Shown here: positions 9,904-20,739 of the stretch, piece after piece
Layout of the letters: each line of letters opens with the position of its first letter
Position numbering within the stretch: the first letter of the stretch is position 1
Assembly: GCA_963726325.1 (NCBI GenBank)
Contig: CAVSCA010000007.1
Coordinates: 103,389 to 167,388, forward strand
Direction: 5' to 3'
From: an uncultured Actinomycetes bacterium
Lineage (GTDB): Bacteria; Actinomycetota; Coriobacteriia; Anaerosomatales; PHET01
DNA length: 64,000 nucleotides
Position numbers and translations under genes: made by a program
Notes under the pieces: generated by a model
Seen by the model: the letters and a program-made list of their open reading frames with translations, nothing else
The model's database searches: none
What the model was told of the DNA's origin: nothing

Positions 9904-11598
9904 CTACCCCCGCGGCCCGTGCCCCCGGCCGCCGAACATGATCCGCAGCAGCGGCAGCACCGACGCCGCCATCAGCACCTTCGCGAGCGTGGGCTCGGCG
10001 GTGTAGAGCAGCGCGCCGGCGACGAGCAGGCCCGCGAACACCAGCCCGTTCGTCACGCGGTTCACCGAGCGCTCCAGGCGCCGCACCCGCAGGTCGAGCA
10101 TGGGCGTCTGCACGCTGAGCTCGCCGCGCTCGACCGTGGAGAGCACGCGGTCGGCGCGCCCGGGCAGCGCGATGAGTGTCTGGGCGATCTTGCCGGCCTC
10201 GGCAAGCCACATCTGCCAGTTCGCGCCGCCGCCCTCATCGGCGATGAGCTTGCTCGCGTACGGAGAGATCGAGATCCACAGGTTGAACTGGGGGTCGAGG
10301 CCGGTGCACATGCCCGAGAGGATCGCGACCGAGCGGCCCAGCAGCAGCAGGTTCTCGGGAAGCTGGAACGGCAGGTCCACGATCAGCTCTCGGAACTGCA
10401 GGCCGAAGCGCATCATCTCGGCGTGGTCGATGTCTCTGAGGTCGCTCATGCTCATGCCCCAGAAGCGCTCGAACAGCTGCGTGCTCGCGCGCTCGATCAG
10501 CCGCAGGTCGGCGCGGGGGAGCAGGACGTCGAGCGTCTTGAAGCTCGCCACCAGGCGCGCCGCATCCTGGGTGCCCACGGCCACGAGCACTTCGCGCAGG
10601 CCGGTGCGCAGGTTCTCGGGCACGCGCCCCACCATGCCGAAGTCGACGAACGTGAGCTGCCAGTTGGGATTGCCGTCAGCGTCGACGCCCTCGAGCGGGG
10701 CGACGAACAGGTTGCCCGGATGCGGGTCGGCGTGGAAGAAGCCGTCGTCGAGGATCTGCTGCATGTAGGTGTCGAGCAGCACCTTGGCGACCGCCGAGCG
10801 GTCGAGCCCGGCGGCGGTGATCGCCTCGTAGTCACCGAGCTTGATCGCCGAGACGTCCTCGAGCGTGAGCACCCGCCGCGACGTCACGCTCCACACGACC
10901 TTGGGCACGCGCACGTGCGGCTTGCCGGCGAAGTTGGCCGCGAACGTCTCGGCGTTGGAGCCCTCGGCGAGGTAGTCGATCTCGGCCATCGTGGTCGTCG
11001 CGAACTCCTCGACGAGCGCCGGCACGTCGGCACGGTCGCTGATGGGCCGGTAGCGCTTGAGCCACCCGCCCACGCGGCGCAGCGCGGCGAGGTCCACGTC
11101 CACGATCTGCTCGATGTAGGGCCGCTGGACCTTGACGACCACGTCGGTGAAGCCGTTCGCGGCGGCGTCGTGCTCGCACAGCCGCGCGCGGTGCGCCTGG
11201 CCGAGCGAGGCGGCGGCCAGCGGGACCTCGTCGAAGAACTCGTAGTGCTCGGCGAGCGTCTGGCCCAGCTCGGCCTCGGCCTGGGCGCGGATGGCGTCGT
11301 AGGGGACCGGCGGCACCTCGTCTTGCAGGCCGGAGAGCTCGTCGGTGATCTCGGCGGGCAGCACGTCGAGGCGTGCCGAGAGGAACTGCCCGACCTTGAT
11401 CATCAGCCCGCCCATGCGGATCGCGAGCGCGCGGAAGCGCACGGCGATGCGCCGGCTGCGGTCCGAGCGGGTGTCGCGCGACCACCCGCCCAGACCGATC
11501 TTGGGCAGGAAGATCTCCCAGAAGATGAAGCCGGCGGTCACCCGGCCGAAGAAGAAGACGATGCGCCAGTAGCGGGCGCGCAGTTGCGACGGCTTCAT
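9904..11598 (-). CDS. ABC1/UbiB (AarF) family atypical kinase with C-terminal TM segments
   Basis: Intact 564 aa with VVKVQRP, FFHADPHPGNLFV and FVDFGMVG motifs. Confidence 0.9.
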   Translation of the reverse strand: MKPSQLRARYWRIVFFFGRVTAGFIFWEIFLPKIGLGGWSRDTRSDRSRRIAVRFRALAIRMGGLMIKVGQFLSARLDVLPAEITDELSGLQDEVPPVPYDAIRAQAEAELGQTLAEHYEFFDEVPLAAASLGQAHRARLCEHDAAANGFTDVVVKVQRPYIEQIVDVDLAALRRVGGWLKRYRPISDRADVPALVEEFATTTMAEIDYLAEGSNAETFAANFAGKPHVRVPKVVWSVTSRRVLTLEDVSAIKLGDYEAITAAGLDRSAVAKVLLDTYMQQILDDGFFHADPHPGNLFVAPLEGVDADGNPNWQLTFVDFGMVGRVPENLRTGLREVLVAVGTQDAARLVASFKTLDVLLPRADLRLIERASTQLFERFWGMSMSDLRDIDHAEMMRFGLQFRELIVDLPFQLPENLLLLGRSVAILSGMCTGLDPQFNLWISISPYASKLIADEGGGANWQMWLAEAGKIAQTLIALPGRADRVLSTVERGELSVQTPMLDLRVRRLERSVNRVTNGLVFAGLLVAGALLYTAEPTLAKVLMAASVLPLLRIMFGGRGHGPRG

Positions 11599-11608
11599 CC
11601 GAGCGAGC

Positions 11609-12174
11609 CTAGTCCTCGGCCAGGATCGAGTACAGCTTCTTGCGGGCGTCGGTCAGCACCTCGATGGCCGCTGCCGTCTGGTCCGCCGAGCCGGTCGTGC
11701 CGATCTGCCACACGGCCTGCATGAGCTTGCCCGCGGCCTCGCGGTAGCCCGGCGCGGTGCCGCTGGCGGCGGCCTCGTCCCACGGGGCGGCCTGCTCGGC
11801 CATCTCGGCGACGGCGGCGGTTCCGGCCTCGGTCAGGCTGAAGACCTTCTTGCCCGCGGTCTCCTCGGCGGTGACGAGGCCCTCGTCGGCGAGCAGCTGC
11901 AGGGTCGGGTAGACCGAGCCGGCCGACGGGCTCCAGGCTCCACCGCTTCGCGTCGAGAGCTCCTGGATGATCTGGTAGCCGTGCATGGGCTGCCTCGGAG
12001 AGCAGGCGCAGCACTGCGCTGCGGATGTCACCGCGGCGTGCGCGCGAGCCGTGGCCGCCGAAGCCGCCAAAGCCGTGGGGCGGGCGGAAGCCGCGGGGGC
12101 CGAAGCTGCCGTGATGGGCGCGATGCTCGCGGCCGCTGGCCGCATGCGTCGCCGGAAGTGGAGTACGTGTGCAT
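11609..12174 (-). CDS. PadR-family transcriptional regulator with a Gly/Arg-rich N-terminal tail and at least two frame breaks in the 5' third
   Basis: PMHGYQIIQELSTRSGGAWSPSAGSVYPTLQLLADEGLV is a PadR winged helix. The upstream pieces (MHTYSTSGDA..., ...RGDIRSAVLRLLSE) lie in other frames. Confidence 0.65.
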
Positions 12175-12285
12175 GGTGGGTCCCTTCTGTCGCTTGTAGC
12201 GCGATAACACGATATATCGCTAACTATCGCGACATACTAGCACGAGCGCGTGCCACAGACGAAAGGCGCGATGCGCGTGCCGGTC

Positions 12286-13677
12286 CTACCTGCCCTCGAG
12301 CGGCACGTAGCTCTCGTGCGCTGCCACGCTCTTGTACGCCGGGCGGATCAGCTTGCCGCCGTTGGCCAGCTCCTCGAGCCGGTGTGCGCTCCAGCCCACC
12401 ACGCGCGATATCGCGAAGAGCGGCGTGTAGAGCTCGGCCGGGATGTCGAGCATCTTGTAGACGAAGCCCGAGTAGAAGTCGACGTTGGCGCTCACGCCCT
12501 TGTAGACCCGGTGGCGTGCCGAGATGATCAGCGGCGCGATGCGCTCCACGCGCTCGTGCAGCGCGAACTCGTCGGAGAAGCCCTTCTCGGCCGCGAGCCT
12601 CTCGGCGTACTCACGCAAGATGATGGTGCGCGGGTCGGACACCGAGTAGACCGGGTGACCCATGCCGTAGATGAGCCCGGCGCCGTCGAAGGCCTCCTTG
12701 CCCAGCACCCGGTGCAGGTAGTCGGCGATCTGCTCGTCGTCGTCCCATGCGCCGACCTGGGACTTCAGGTCGTTCATCATCTCCACGACCTTGAGGTTGG
12801 CGCCGCCGTGGCGCGGTCCCTTGAGCGAGCCGAGCGATGCCGCGATCGACGAGTAGGTGTCGGTGCCGGTCGACGAGACCACGTGCGTGGCGAAGGTCGA
12901 GTTGTTGCCGCCGCCGTGCTCGGCGTGCAAGACGAGCATCATGTCGAGAATCAGCGCCTCGAGCTCGGTGAACTCGCTGTTGGGCCGCAGGATGTGCAGG
13001 AAGTTCTCGGCGGTCGAGTACTCGGCCTTGGGCTGGTGGATCACGAGGCTGCGGTCGTAGAACTCCTCGAGGTAGGCCTGATAGGCGTAGACGGCGAGCA
13101 GCGGCAGCTTGGCGATCAGGTGCAGGCTTTGGCGCAAGACGTTGCGAGTCGTGGTGCTGCTGCCCTGCGGGTCGAGCGTGTAGAGGCTCAGCACGCAGCG
13201 CATCATGGCGTTCATGACGTCGCGGCTGGGCATCCGCAAGATCGCGTCGTGCACGAACGAGCGCGGCATCTTTCGCGTCGCGGCGAGGTAGGCCTCGAAC
13301 TCGTCGAGCTGGGCCTTGGTGGGCAGTTCGCCGAAGAGCAGCAGATACGCCGTCTCCTCGAAGCCGTGTTGGCCGCCGGCGACGAAGCCGTCCACGAGGT
13401 CGGTGACCTCGTAGCCGCGGTAGTAGAGCTGTCCTGGCGCCGGCACCAGCTGGTCGCCCTCGATCGCGGTGCCCACGACGTCGCCGATCTGGGTCAGTCC
13501 GGTCAGGACGCCCTTGCCGGTACGGTCTCGCAGGCCGCGCTTGACGTCGTACTCGACGTAGAGCGCCGGATCGACCGGGCACATCTGCTCGGCGATCTCG
13601 GTCCAGTTGTCCAAGACGGCGGCTCGGCCGGTGGGAACGCCAAGGGGGGTCTGGGGAGTGGAGTCGTTCTTCGCCAT
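12286..13677 (-). CDS. Citrate synthase (citrate/2-methylcitrate synthase family)
   Basis: Intact 463 aa with LHAEHGGGNNSTF, GLIYGMGHPVYSVSDPR and NVDFYSG motifs. Confidence 0.9.
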   Translation of the reverse strand: MAKNDSTPQTPLGVPTGRAAVLDNWTEIAEQMCPVDPALYVEYDVKRGLRDRTGKGVLTGLTQIGDVVGTAIEGDQLVPAPGQLYYRGYEVTDLVDGFVAGGQHGFEETAYLLLFGELPTKAQLDEFEAYLAATRKMPRSFVHDAILRMPSRDVMNAMMRCVLSLYTLDPQGSSTTTRNVLRQSLHLIAKLPLLAVYAYQAYLEEFYDRSLVIHQPKAEYSTAENFLHILRPNSEFTELEALILDMMLVLHAEHGGGNNSTFATHVVSSTGTDTYSSIAASLGSLKGPRHGGANLKVVEMMNDLKSQVGAWDDDEQIADYLHRVLGKEAFDGAGLIYGMGHPVYSVSDPRTIILREYAERLAAEKGFSDEFALHERVERIAPLIISARHRVYKGVSANVDFYSGFVYKMLDIPAELYTPLFAISRVVGWSAHRLEELANGGKLIRPAYKSVAAHESYVPLEGR

Positions 13678-13862
13678 GGGTGCCCTTCAGTCAACAGAGG
13701 TGTGCGTGTGGGGGTCGCCTATGTGTGGTGCGAGACGAGTTTCTCAGGGAGTGACACTTTACAGCACATCGCGTCAGGTTTCGCGTTCGCGGCGTCGAAT
13801 CGCGGGTGCGAAAGGAGTATTCCCTGGTTGCGACGGGATGAGTGCGGCGGGTTCGCGCTCGC

Positions 13863-14619
13863 CTAGCGCGGGCCTTGGCGCTCGCGGAGCTTGAGCCAGT
13901 CCTCCATCTGCAGGAAGCTGCCGTCGACGTTGCGTTCCATCTCGAGCAGCAGGTTCCACGGGCACGGTGAAGGTGAGGATCTCACGGTCGACGCGGTGCC
14001 GCTGCGAGATGTCGAAGAAGCCGATGACCCCGCGCGGGTGGTCGCTCTCGGCCTCCTGGAGCGCCCAAAGGATCGGCTGGCACGCCGCGGCGAACCCAGC
14101 GATGACGCTGTCGCCGGTGCCGCGCTCGTAGTCGGTCATCGTGACGAGCGCTGCGAGCTGGTCGGCGTTCACGAAGAAGGTGACGACCTCCGGGCGCTCG
14201 TCGTCGGCGAGCTGCTCCAGCGGCTTGAGGACGACGAACTCGGCGGGCACGTCTCGGAAGGGCACCGTGTCCAGCCACGAGTGGACCTGCTCGGGCGACT
14301 TGAAGAACCGCTCGCCCTCGCCCATGCGAGAGGTGGCGCGGACCTGCTCGCCGCTGCCGGTGGAGAGCAGCAGGTCGATCTCGAGGCCGCACTGCTCGTA
14401 CTGGTTGCCGAAGCCGAGCGCCGTTCCACCGCCGGCGCAGCCGAAGGTGGTGCGGTCGTAGACGGCGGTGCGCCCCTTCGAGACGGCGATGAGCGTGGCC
14501 ATCACGCAGCCCCACACGCCCTCGCGAAACGAGAGCGCATCGGCGGGCTTGTCGTCGGCGAGCACGACTGCGACTGGAGATGAGGTGAGGCCGAGCGCCT
14601 CGACGAGCTTGCTGTTCAT
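13863..14619 (-). CDS. DUF169 (COG2043) family protein, one frame break near 13960
   Basis: MNSKLVEALGLTSSPVAVVLADDKP...FGCAGGGTALGFG...FFVNADQLAALVTM...VIGFFDISQRHRV. The C-terminal ...PWNLLLEMERNVDGSFLQMEDWLKLRERQGPR lies in another frame and ends at 13863. Confidence 0.75.
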
Positions 14620-14666
14620 GCCTCGCGCCCTCCTTGGAGTGGGTCGCGAGACAGCATAGCAACTAC

Positions 14667-17163
14667 TCAGAGAACAGCGGCTTGTCGGCGCGCCAGGCGG
14701 TGGCCATGGGCAGCGCCGCGGGCAGCTCGGCTCGGCCGGTCGCGGCCGCCTCGTCGCTCGAGCAGCTTGAGGAACGCCTCGGCGACCACGGGGTCGAACT
14801 GCGTGCCGGAGTTGTCGCGGATCTCGCGCATCGCGGCCTCGAGCGACAGGCCCTCCCGGTAGGGGCGGTCCGAGACCATGGCGTTGAAGGCGTCGGCGAC
14901 CGAGATGATGCGCGCGCCGAACGGGATCGCCTCGCCGCAGATGCCCGACGGGTAGCCGCCTCCGCCGTAGCGCTCGTGGTGGAAGAGCACGAGCGGCACC
15001 ATGTCGCGCAGGAAGTCGAGCGGTGCGAGGATGTCGGCGCCGATGGCGGGATGGCGGTTGATCATCTGGCGCTCTTCGTCGGTCAGGCGGCCGGGCTTGA
15101 GCAGGATCGTGCCGTCGATGCCGATCTTGCCGATGTCGTGCAGGGTCGCGGCGATGCGGATCTTCTGCACCTCGGCCGAATCGAGGCCGAGCGCCTCGGC
15201 GAGTGCGACCGCGAGGGTGGTGACCTCGTTGGAGTGACCGGCGGTGTAGGGGTCCTTGGCGTCGACCGCCGCGGCGAGTGCGGTGATCGTGCCCAGGAAC
15301 GTGTCCTCGAGGTCGCCGTAGAGGCGCGCGTTCTCGATCGCCATGCCCAGCTGGCCGGCGATCGAGGTCACCACGTGCAGGTTCTCCTCGGAGAACTCCT
15401 CCGATGTGTTCGTGCGGCTCACGCATATCACGCCGATCACGTTGTCCTTGGAGATGATCGGAGCGCAGATCGCCGAGGCGATGTCGTCGCGCAGCAACTC
15501 GTCGAGGAGGTCCACGTGCGCTGCGTGCGGAAGCGACAGCGGACGGTTGTTGCGCGCGACCCACCCGGCGATACCCTCGCCGACGGGGACGCGGGTGCTC
15601 GCCACGATCTCCTCGTCGATGCCGGTCGACGCTGCGATCGTCAGGCAGTCGCCGGTCTCGTCGATGAGCATGATCGAGCCGGAGTCCGCGCTGGTGACCG
15701 TCACGAGCTGCTCGAGCGCTCCGTCGAGCACGGCGTCGAGGTCGATGCTGCTGCCCAGAGCGAAGGCGAGCTCGTTGAGGGCGGTGAGCTCGCGGACGCG
15801 CTGCGTCTTCTCGTCGAAGAGATGCGCGTTGCGCATGCTGATGGCCGCCTCGGCCACGACGATCTCGAGGAAGCGCACATCCTGGGTCGAGTACGACTCG
15901 CCTGACAGCTTCGGCCCGAGGATGAGGACGCCGAGCGAGGAGTCGTCAGGTGAGAGCGGTGCGAGGACGCGGATGTCTCGCTTGACGAGCTCGGCGTGGC
16001 CCGGCGTGCCGGGCTCGACCTCGTCGGTGACGACGATCGTGTCGCCCGCCATGAAGAGCAGCATCTCAGCGTCGCTCAGGTCGAGGCCGCTGCTTGCCAC
16101 CAGCTTCGGCCTGCCGCCACACAGATACGCGACACCGGCGAAGCCCAACCGCATCCCGCCGGCCAGCTCGTCGGCGAGCAAGGCGGCAAGCCCGTGCTGG
16201 TCGAGCGTGGAGTTCATCGAGGTGCTGATACGGCTGAGCAGCTCTGACTCCCGGTACGAGCCGCGGTAGAGGTAGCGGTCGGTCACGTTCTGGAGGCCAA
16301 GGCGCAGCGGCTGGAAGGTGAACACCGCAATCAGGCTGCCCAGGATGAAGAGCGTCTCGGCGCGCATGTGGAGGGCGCCGGAGAGGTCGTGCCCGGCCCG
16401 GAAGGCGATCCACACGAGCCCGAAGCCAGTGACGAGCAGCAGCAGCGTGTGAGTCGACGCCCTCAGCACCGCGAAACGCAGGTCCATGAGGCGGTGCCTG
16501 ACGATGACGTAGGCGAAGACCGACACCAGCACGAGCGACGAGAACGTGTTGAGCTCCGCCAGCCCGTAGTTGCCGGTCACGGACGGGAGTATCAGGCCGA
16601 ACAGCACCGAGGAGAGAGCGAACGCCGGCGAAGCCGAGCAGCATGAACTTGAGTTGGGTCCGCTCGCGTCCCTCGGCAGAGCGGTACTTCCGCGCGAGCG
16701 TTACCACGCAGCCGATCACGCCGGTGACCGCCCAGGCTACGAGAAGCCGAGAACGCCGACTCCTGCGATGATGTCGGTGCCCCCGGGCCGGAAGCGGATG
16801 TCGGCCACGACGAGCGGGGTGGTCAGAGTGGCGGCGCCCAGGAACAGGCCGAACCACATGTAGACCCTCCAAGGCACAGGCAGCCGCGCCTCACGTGACG
16901 GGAAGATGATCGCGAAACGAAGGAGGAACGCGCCCATCCACATCGCCGAGGCCAGGGTGAGGCGGTTGAGCAGCAAGGCGTAGTCGGCGAGTTGAGGCAG
17001 GTCGGAGAGGTAGGCGAAGCGTCAGCCAACACACGATGGCGACGACGGCCGCGGCGAATGCCCGGTTCGAGGCGCTGCGCTTGTTGCGCAGGTAGACCGC
17101 GAGAGCGAGGCCCAGGTTGGCCAACGCCACGACGACGATTATTGCGAGTTGGGTTACATCCAT
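14667..17163 (-). CDS. Membrane sensor (N-terminal multi-TM domain) with tandem GAF domains and an HD-GYP phosphodiesterase domain; three or more frame breaks in the TM region (16.6-17.0 kb)
   Basis: ORF 14667-16607 holds the GAF regions and ATLHDIGKIGI...HHERYGGGGYP...FDP (HD-GYP). Upstream fragments (MDVTQLAIIVVVALANLGLALAVYL..., LLNRLTLASAMWMGAFLL..., LVAWAVTGVIGCVV...) are TM helices in other frames. Confidence 0.8.
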
Positions 17164-17290
17164 GCCTACCGCCATAGCGCTTGAAGGGCTGCAGTCCCCC
17201 ACGGCCGGTAGGTGTGTTATCGGCAGGCCGCCAGAGCGCGCTGAACCCGTTCGCGCGAAAAGCATCTCACGCGCGCGTACGCGAGGGGCG

Positions 17291-18830
17291 CTACCCGATG
17301 TAGCGGTTCTTGATGGCGGTGTGGCCCTCGAAGGGGCCGGTGCCCTTGGCGTGGACGCGGACGACCGGGTCGGCGGCCTCCGGGTTCTCGTCGTGCGACT
17401 GCCTGAAGTCGTTGTTGACCCGGCGCAGCCCCTCGACGAGCAGCTCGTAGTAGTGGGCCGAGAGCGCCGTCTCCTGCTCCTCGGTAAGCTCTCGGCGCGG
17501 TACTCGAGCGAGATCACGAGGCGCTGGCTGAACTCGGACGGTGGTCTCGACCTTGAGCTTGAAGGTGAGCACGTCGCTGTCGTGCGCGTCGGCCAGAACC
17601 GCTTGGATGTTCTCGGGGAAGACGTTCGCTCCCACGATCGACACGGTGCCGTCGGATCGCCCGTAGACCCAGAAGAACGGCATCTTCCACACCTGCTCGG
17701 GACCGTATCCGATCTTCGGCGAGCTCCGCGTACGGGTCCTGGCCGTGCTGCTTGAGGACCTCCATCATCTCGGCGAAGGTCATGATGCCGCCGGTGTCGC
17801 GGATGATGTAGCGCACGAGCGGGATGCCCGTGAGCACCGTGAAGGCGAGCTCGCCGTCGATCGCCTCGATGTAGCACTGCGCCGGGTTGTACTGCAGCAA
17901 GCTGGGCAGGGTGGAGTGGTGCCCGCGCGTGTCTTGGAAGAGCGCCTCGGCAAGCGCGGGGTTGTCGGTGCACATCTTGCGGATCATCACCGTGACCGGG
18001 TACTCGCGCCCCACCGTCATGCCGATGTCGGCTGCGCCGTAGCCGCCGCTCACGGCGAGCAGGTCCTTGCGCGAGTCGACGCCGATCATCGCCGCGACGT
18101 GCTCGCGCCACGGCTCCGAGTAGCCCTCGCCGCCCAGGCCGATCTTCACGCCCACTTTGGGCCAGTCGATTCCTCGGCGAACACCTTCGTCGAGCACCGT
18201 CTTGACGAACGGCGGGTAGCCGACGATGACGGTCTGGTCGTACATGCGCGCCAGGTCCTGCACGATCTCGAGGATCTCGTCGAGGTTCGTGCCCGGCGCC
18301 ATGACCGTGAGCGGGTACTTGCCGCTCGCCGCGACCTCGCGCAGGGCCTGCGCCATCTTCTCGCCGCTCGTCCAGGTGCCCAGCGACAGCGTGATCATGA
18401 CGAGCGTCGACTTCGTGTCCATCCCGTAGAACTGCACGAACGCGTGCTCGAGGTAGCTGGGGAACAGCGCGTCTTCGGCGGGCAGGCGCAGCCAGTAGTA
18501 GGAGCCGCCCGAGTGACCCGAGCTGCGCTCGATCGTGTAGGCGCGGTTGAGCGTGCCGTCGAGGCACAGCTGGTCGAGCTTGTACTTGTCGATGTAGTCG
18601 CGCTTCGAGGTGTAGGGCAGCTGCTTGAACTCGTCGATCGTGGGCGAGGCGCTCAGCTTCGCGCCGTTGGCCTTGAGGAACTCGGGGTAGGCGCTCGTGC
18701 GCGTCATCGCGGCGGCCAGCACGCTGAGAGCGTTCTTCTCGCCCCGGCTGGCGTGCGAGTCTGGCGAGATGCGCGACATGACGAAGTTCGTGAGCTTGCG
18801 GTTCTTGAGCACGATGTTCTGCACGCCCAT
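17291..18830 (-). CDS. Adenylate-forming enzyme of the PaaK / CapK / F390-synthetase-like family, about three frame breaks (17.5-17.7 kb)
   Basis: ORF 17514-18914 (from MGVQNIVLKNRK) contains IERSSGHSGGSYYW and GLGGEGYSEPWR. ORF 17291-17692 supplies the C-terminal domain (FFWVYGRSDGTVSIVGANVFPENI). Confidence 0.65.
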
Positions 18831-18928
18831 GTTGCGGCCCCACCCCTGTTGTTCGGTTCGTCGTTGCGCTACAGCTTGCTTCGCCACGCCCCGCTGCGGT
18901 TCCTTGCCGAGCAACCCGTCGTGCGCCC

Positions 18929-19774
18929 CTACGCGTAGAGCGCCTTGCTCGCCGTTGCGAGCAGGCTCTGGTCGGCCATCGCCTGCTCGATGCGGTACGC
19001 GTCAAGTCCGTCGGCCCGCCGCTGCTCGAAGAACGCCTCGAGCTCGGGCTGGGCCATCGAGTGGTACTCACCGGCCCGCTCGCGGCGGTCGATGACCGCC
19101 GAGTTCATCGCGATCGCGCCGATCGCCGTGGTCGACAGCGTGCCGATCGTCGTCAGCACCGCCTTGGCCTTGCGCGATGTACCCCAGATGTTGCCGATGC
19201 GCCGGAAATGGTCGGCAGCCAACGGCGCCCAGCTGAACTCCGGCTTGGGGTTGGCGAGCACGAGCTTGCCGTCGGGCTTGAGCACGCGCAGCAGCTCGCG
19301 CACGGTCGCGTCCTGGTCGTCGAGCGCGTAGAGCACGTGGATGCTCACGACCCGATCGAACGTCGCGTCGTCGAAGGGCAGCCGCTCGCTCAGGTTGGCC
19401 TGGCTGAAGCGCACCCAGTCCAGACCGGCGCACTTCGCGCGGGCGCGCTCGAGCATCGCCGAGGAGAAGTCGACCGCGTCGACCTCGATGGCCGGATGCG
19501 GCTTGGTCGAGATGAAGTGCTCCAGGTTGCCGGTGCCGCAGCCGGCGTCGAGCACGCGCAGGCCGGGCTCGAGCTCGAGCGCCTGATAGGCGTCCCAGAG
19601 CATCTTGCGGTAGGGCATGAGGCGGTAGATGGAGTCGTAGTAGGTGCTGTACGTGTTCCAGAAGCGGGTGGGACCCGCCGGAATCTCTGCGGCGATCTGT
19701 TGCGCGCTCACGAGTTGCACCCCTCCGCAGACCGCAGCGCCATATTGGCGCTCGCCAAGTGTGACGGCGGTCAC
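18929..19774 (-). CDS. Class I SAM-dependent methyltransferase
   Basis: Intact 281 aa with VLDAGCGTGNLEHF (motif I) and VVSIHVLYAL. It lies 98 nt upstream of the ligase gene on the same strand. Confidence 0.8.
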   Translation of the reverse strand: MTAVTLGERQYGAAVCGGVQLVSAQQIAAEIPAGPTRFWNTYSTYYDSIYRLMPYRKMLWDAYQALELEPGLRVLDAGCGTGNLEHFISTKPHPAIEVDAVDFSSAMLERARAKCAGLDWVRFSQANLSERLPFDDATFDRVVSIHVLYALDDQDATVRELLRVLKPDGKLVLANPKPEFSWAPLAADHFRRIGNIWGTSRKAKAVLTTIGTLSTTAIGAIAMNSAVIDRRERAGEYHSMAQPELEAFFEQRRADGLDAYRIEQAMADQSLLATASKALYA

Positions 19775-19889
19775 AACTCAGCGTAGGGGGGAGCGGCGGG
19801 CGGCGCAAGCACCGTGAGCGTCCGAGGCGCTCGCGAGGCGGGAATACTCAGAGGGTCTACTACATCGAGGAGTTGAGGGGGGCCTCGTC

Positions 19890-20650
19890 ATGAAGACAGG
19901 AGTCTGGGGGCGGCGCCGGTTGACGCTGCTCATCGTCGCGGTCGTCGTCGTGGGAACGCTCGTGGCGTTGCCGTCGACGGCGTACGCCGCGAAGGCCACG
20001 ACGCGGATCGTGGCGGTAAGAGCATGACGGTGAACCGCAACACGCCGGGCATCAACCCCTGGCCCAAGCGCTCGCCGTCAAGCTGCAGAAGCGGATCACG
20101 CGTACCACTACCACGCGCTGAGCGGCACGTGAAGCTGTACGGTTCGACCCGACGTACGGCAGCTCGGGCTCGTATCGGCTGGTTGCACCAAGAAGGGCTC
20201 GAGCCTGACGTTCTCCCTGCCCGGCCGCGGCAAGTACAAGCTCTACTACGCAGGGACGTCGAAGACCAAGGCGGCACCGCGTACACGGGTGTGTACGAGA
20301 CCATCGGAATGACCGTCAGCGCGCCGAGCATCACGATCGAGCCGATTCCCGCTACGACGCAGTCGTGGGTCAACGTGAAGTACGACGTCAACTGGAACAC
20401 AGAGGCTGTAGGTGAAGTGGTTCTCTGGCACGAGCAGGCCTTCAAGGATGGGCGACAACTACCGGGCCTACATCGGGTTCGAGCACGAGAGCGTGGCACC
20501 CGGGACGGTCGAGCTCAGCCACAAGGTCGAGAACTCCGAGATATCCAGCACTCTGTGGACGTGGAGAGTCGGGTACGTGTGGTGGTACCTCAGAGGCGAC
20601 GTACGTGAAGACCCCTGCCGCCGTCGAGGCGGAGTACCCCCGTGCCGTAG
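19890..20650 (+). pseudogene. Secreted protein of unknown function, paralog A of 43238-44003, many frame breaks
   Basis: ATG follows GAGGAG...GGGGGG. The signal peptide (MKTGVWGRRRLTLLIVAVVVVGTLVALPSTAYAAKA) and later blocks (YKLYYAGTSKTK, YETIGMTVSAPSITIEPIPATTQSWVNVKYDVNWNTEAVGEV) match paralog B but are spread over all three frames. Confidence 0.6.
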
Positions 20651-20739
20651 TTGGCCAGCGGGGCAAGCAACACGAATACGACAAGGGCTGCCCGCACGGG
20701 GGTGGTGCGGCGCGAGCGAGCACGTCCGGGCTACCGGCA

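Noticed and set aside
9721-11724. Very long ORFs antisense to real genes. Examples: 19-981+, 843-2579+, 9721-11724+, 12250-13866+, 13774-15564-, 16891-19071-, 29266-30393-, 32034-33329-, 39859-42126-, 43988-45268-, 52578-54245- and 57207-58997-.
   Set aside because: They are shadow ORFs typical of ~70% GC DNA. Their translations are Arg/Ala/Pro/Gly-rich low-complexity strings with no recognisable motifs. The opposite strand or another frame encodes clearly conserved proteins. In some cases only a sub-segment of the ORF is real.
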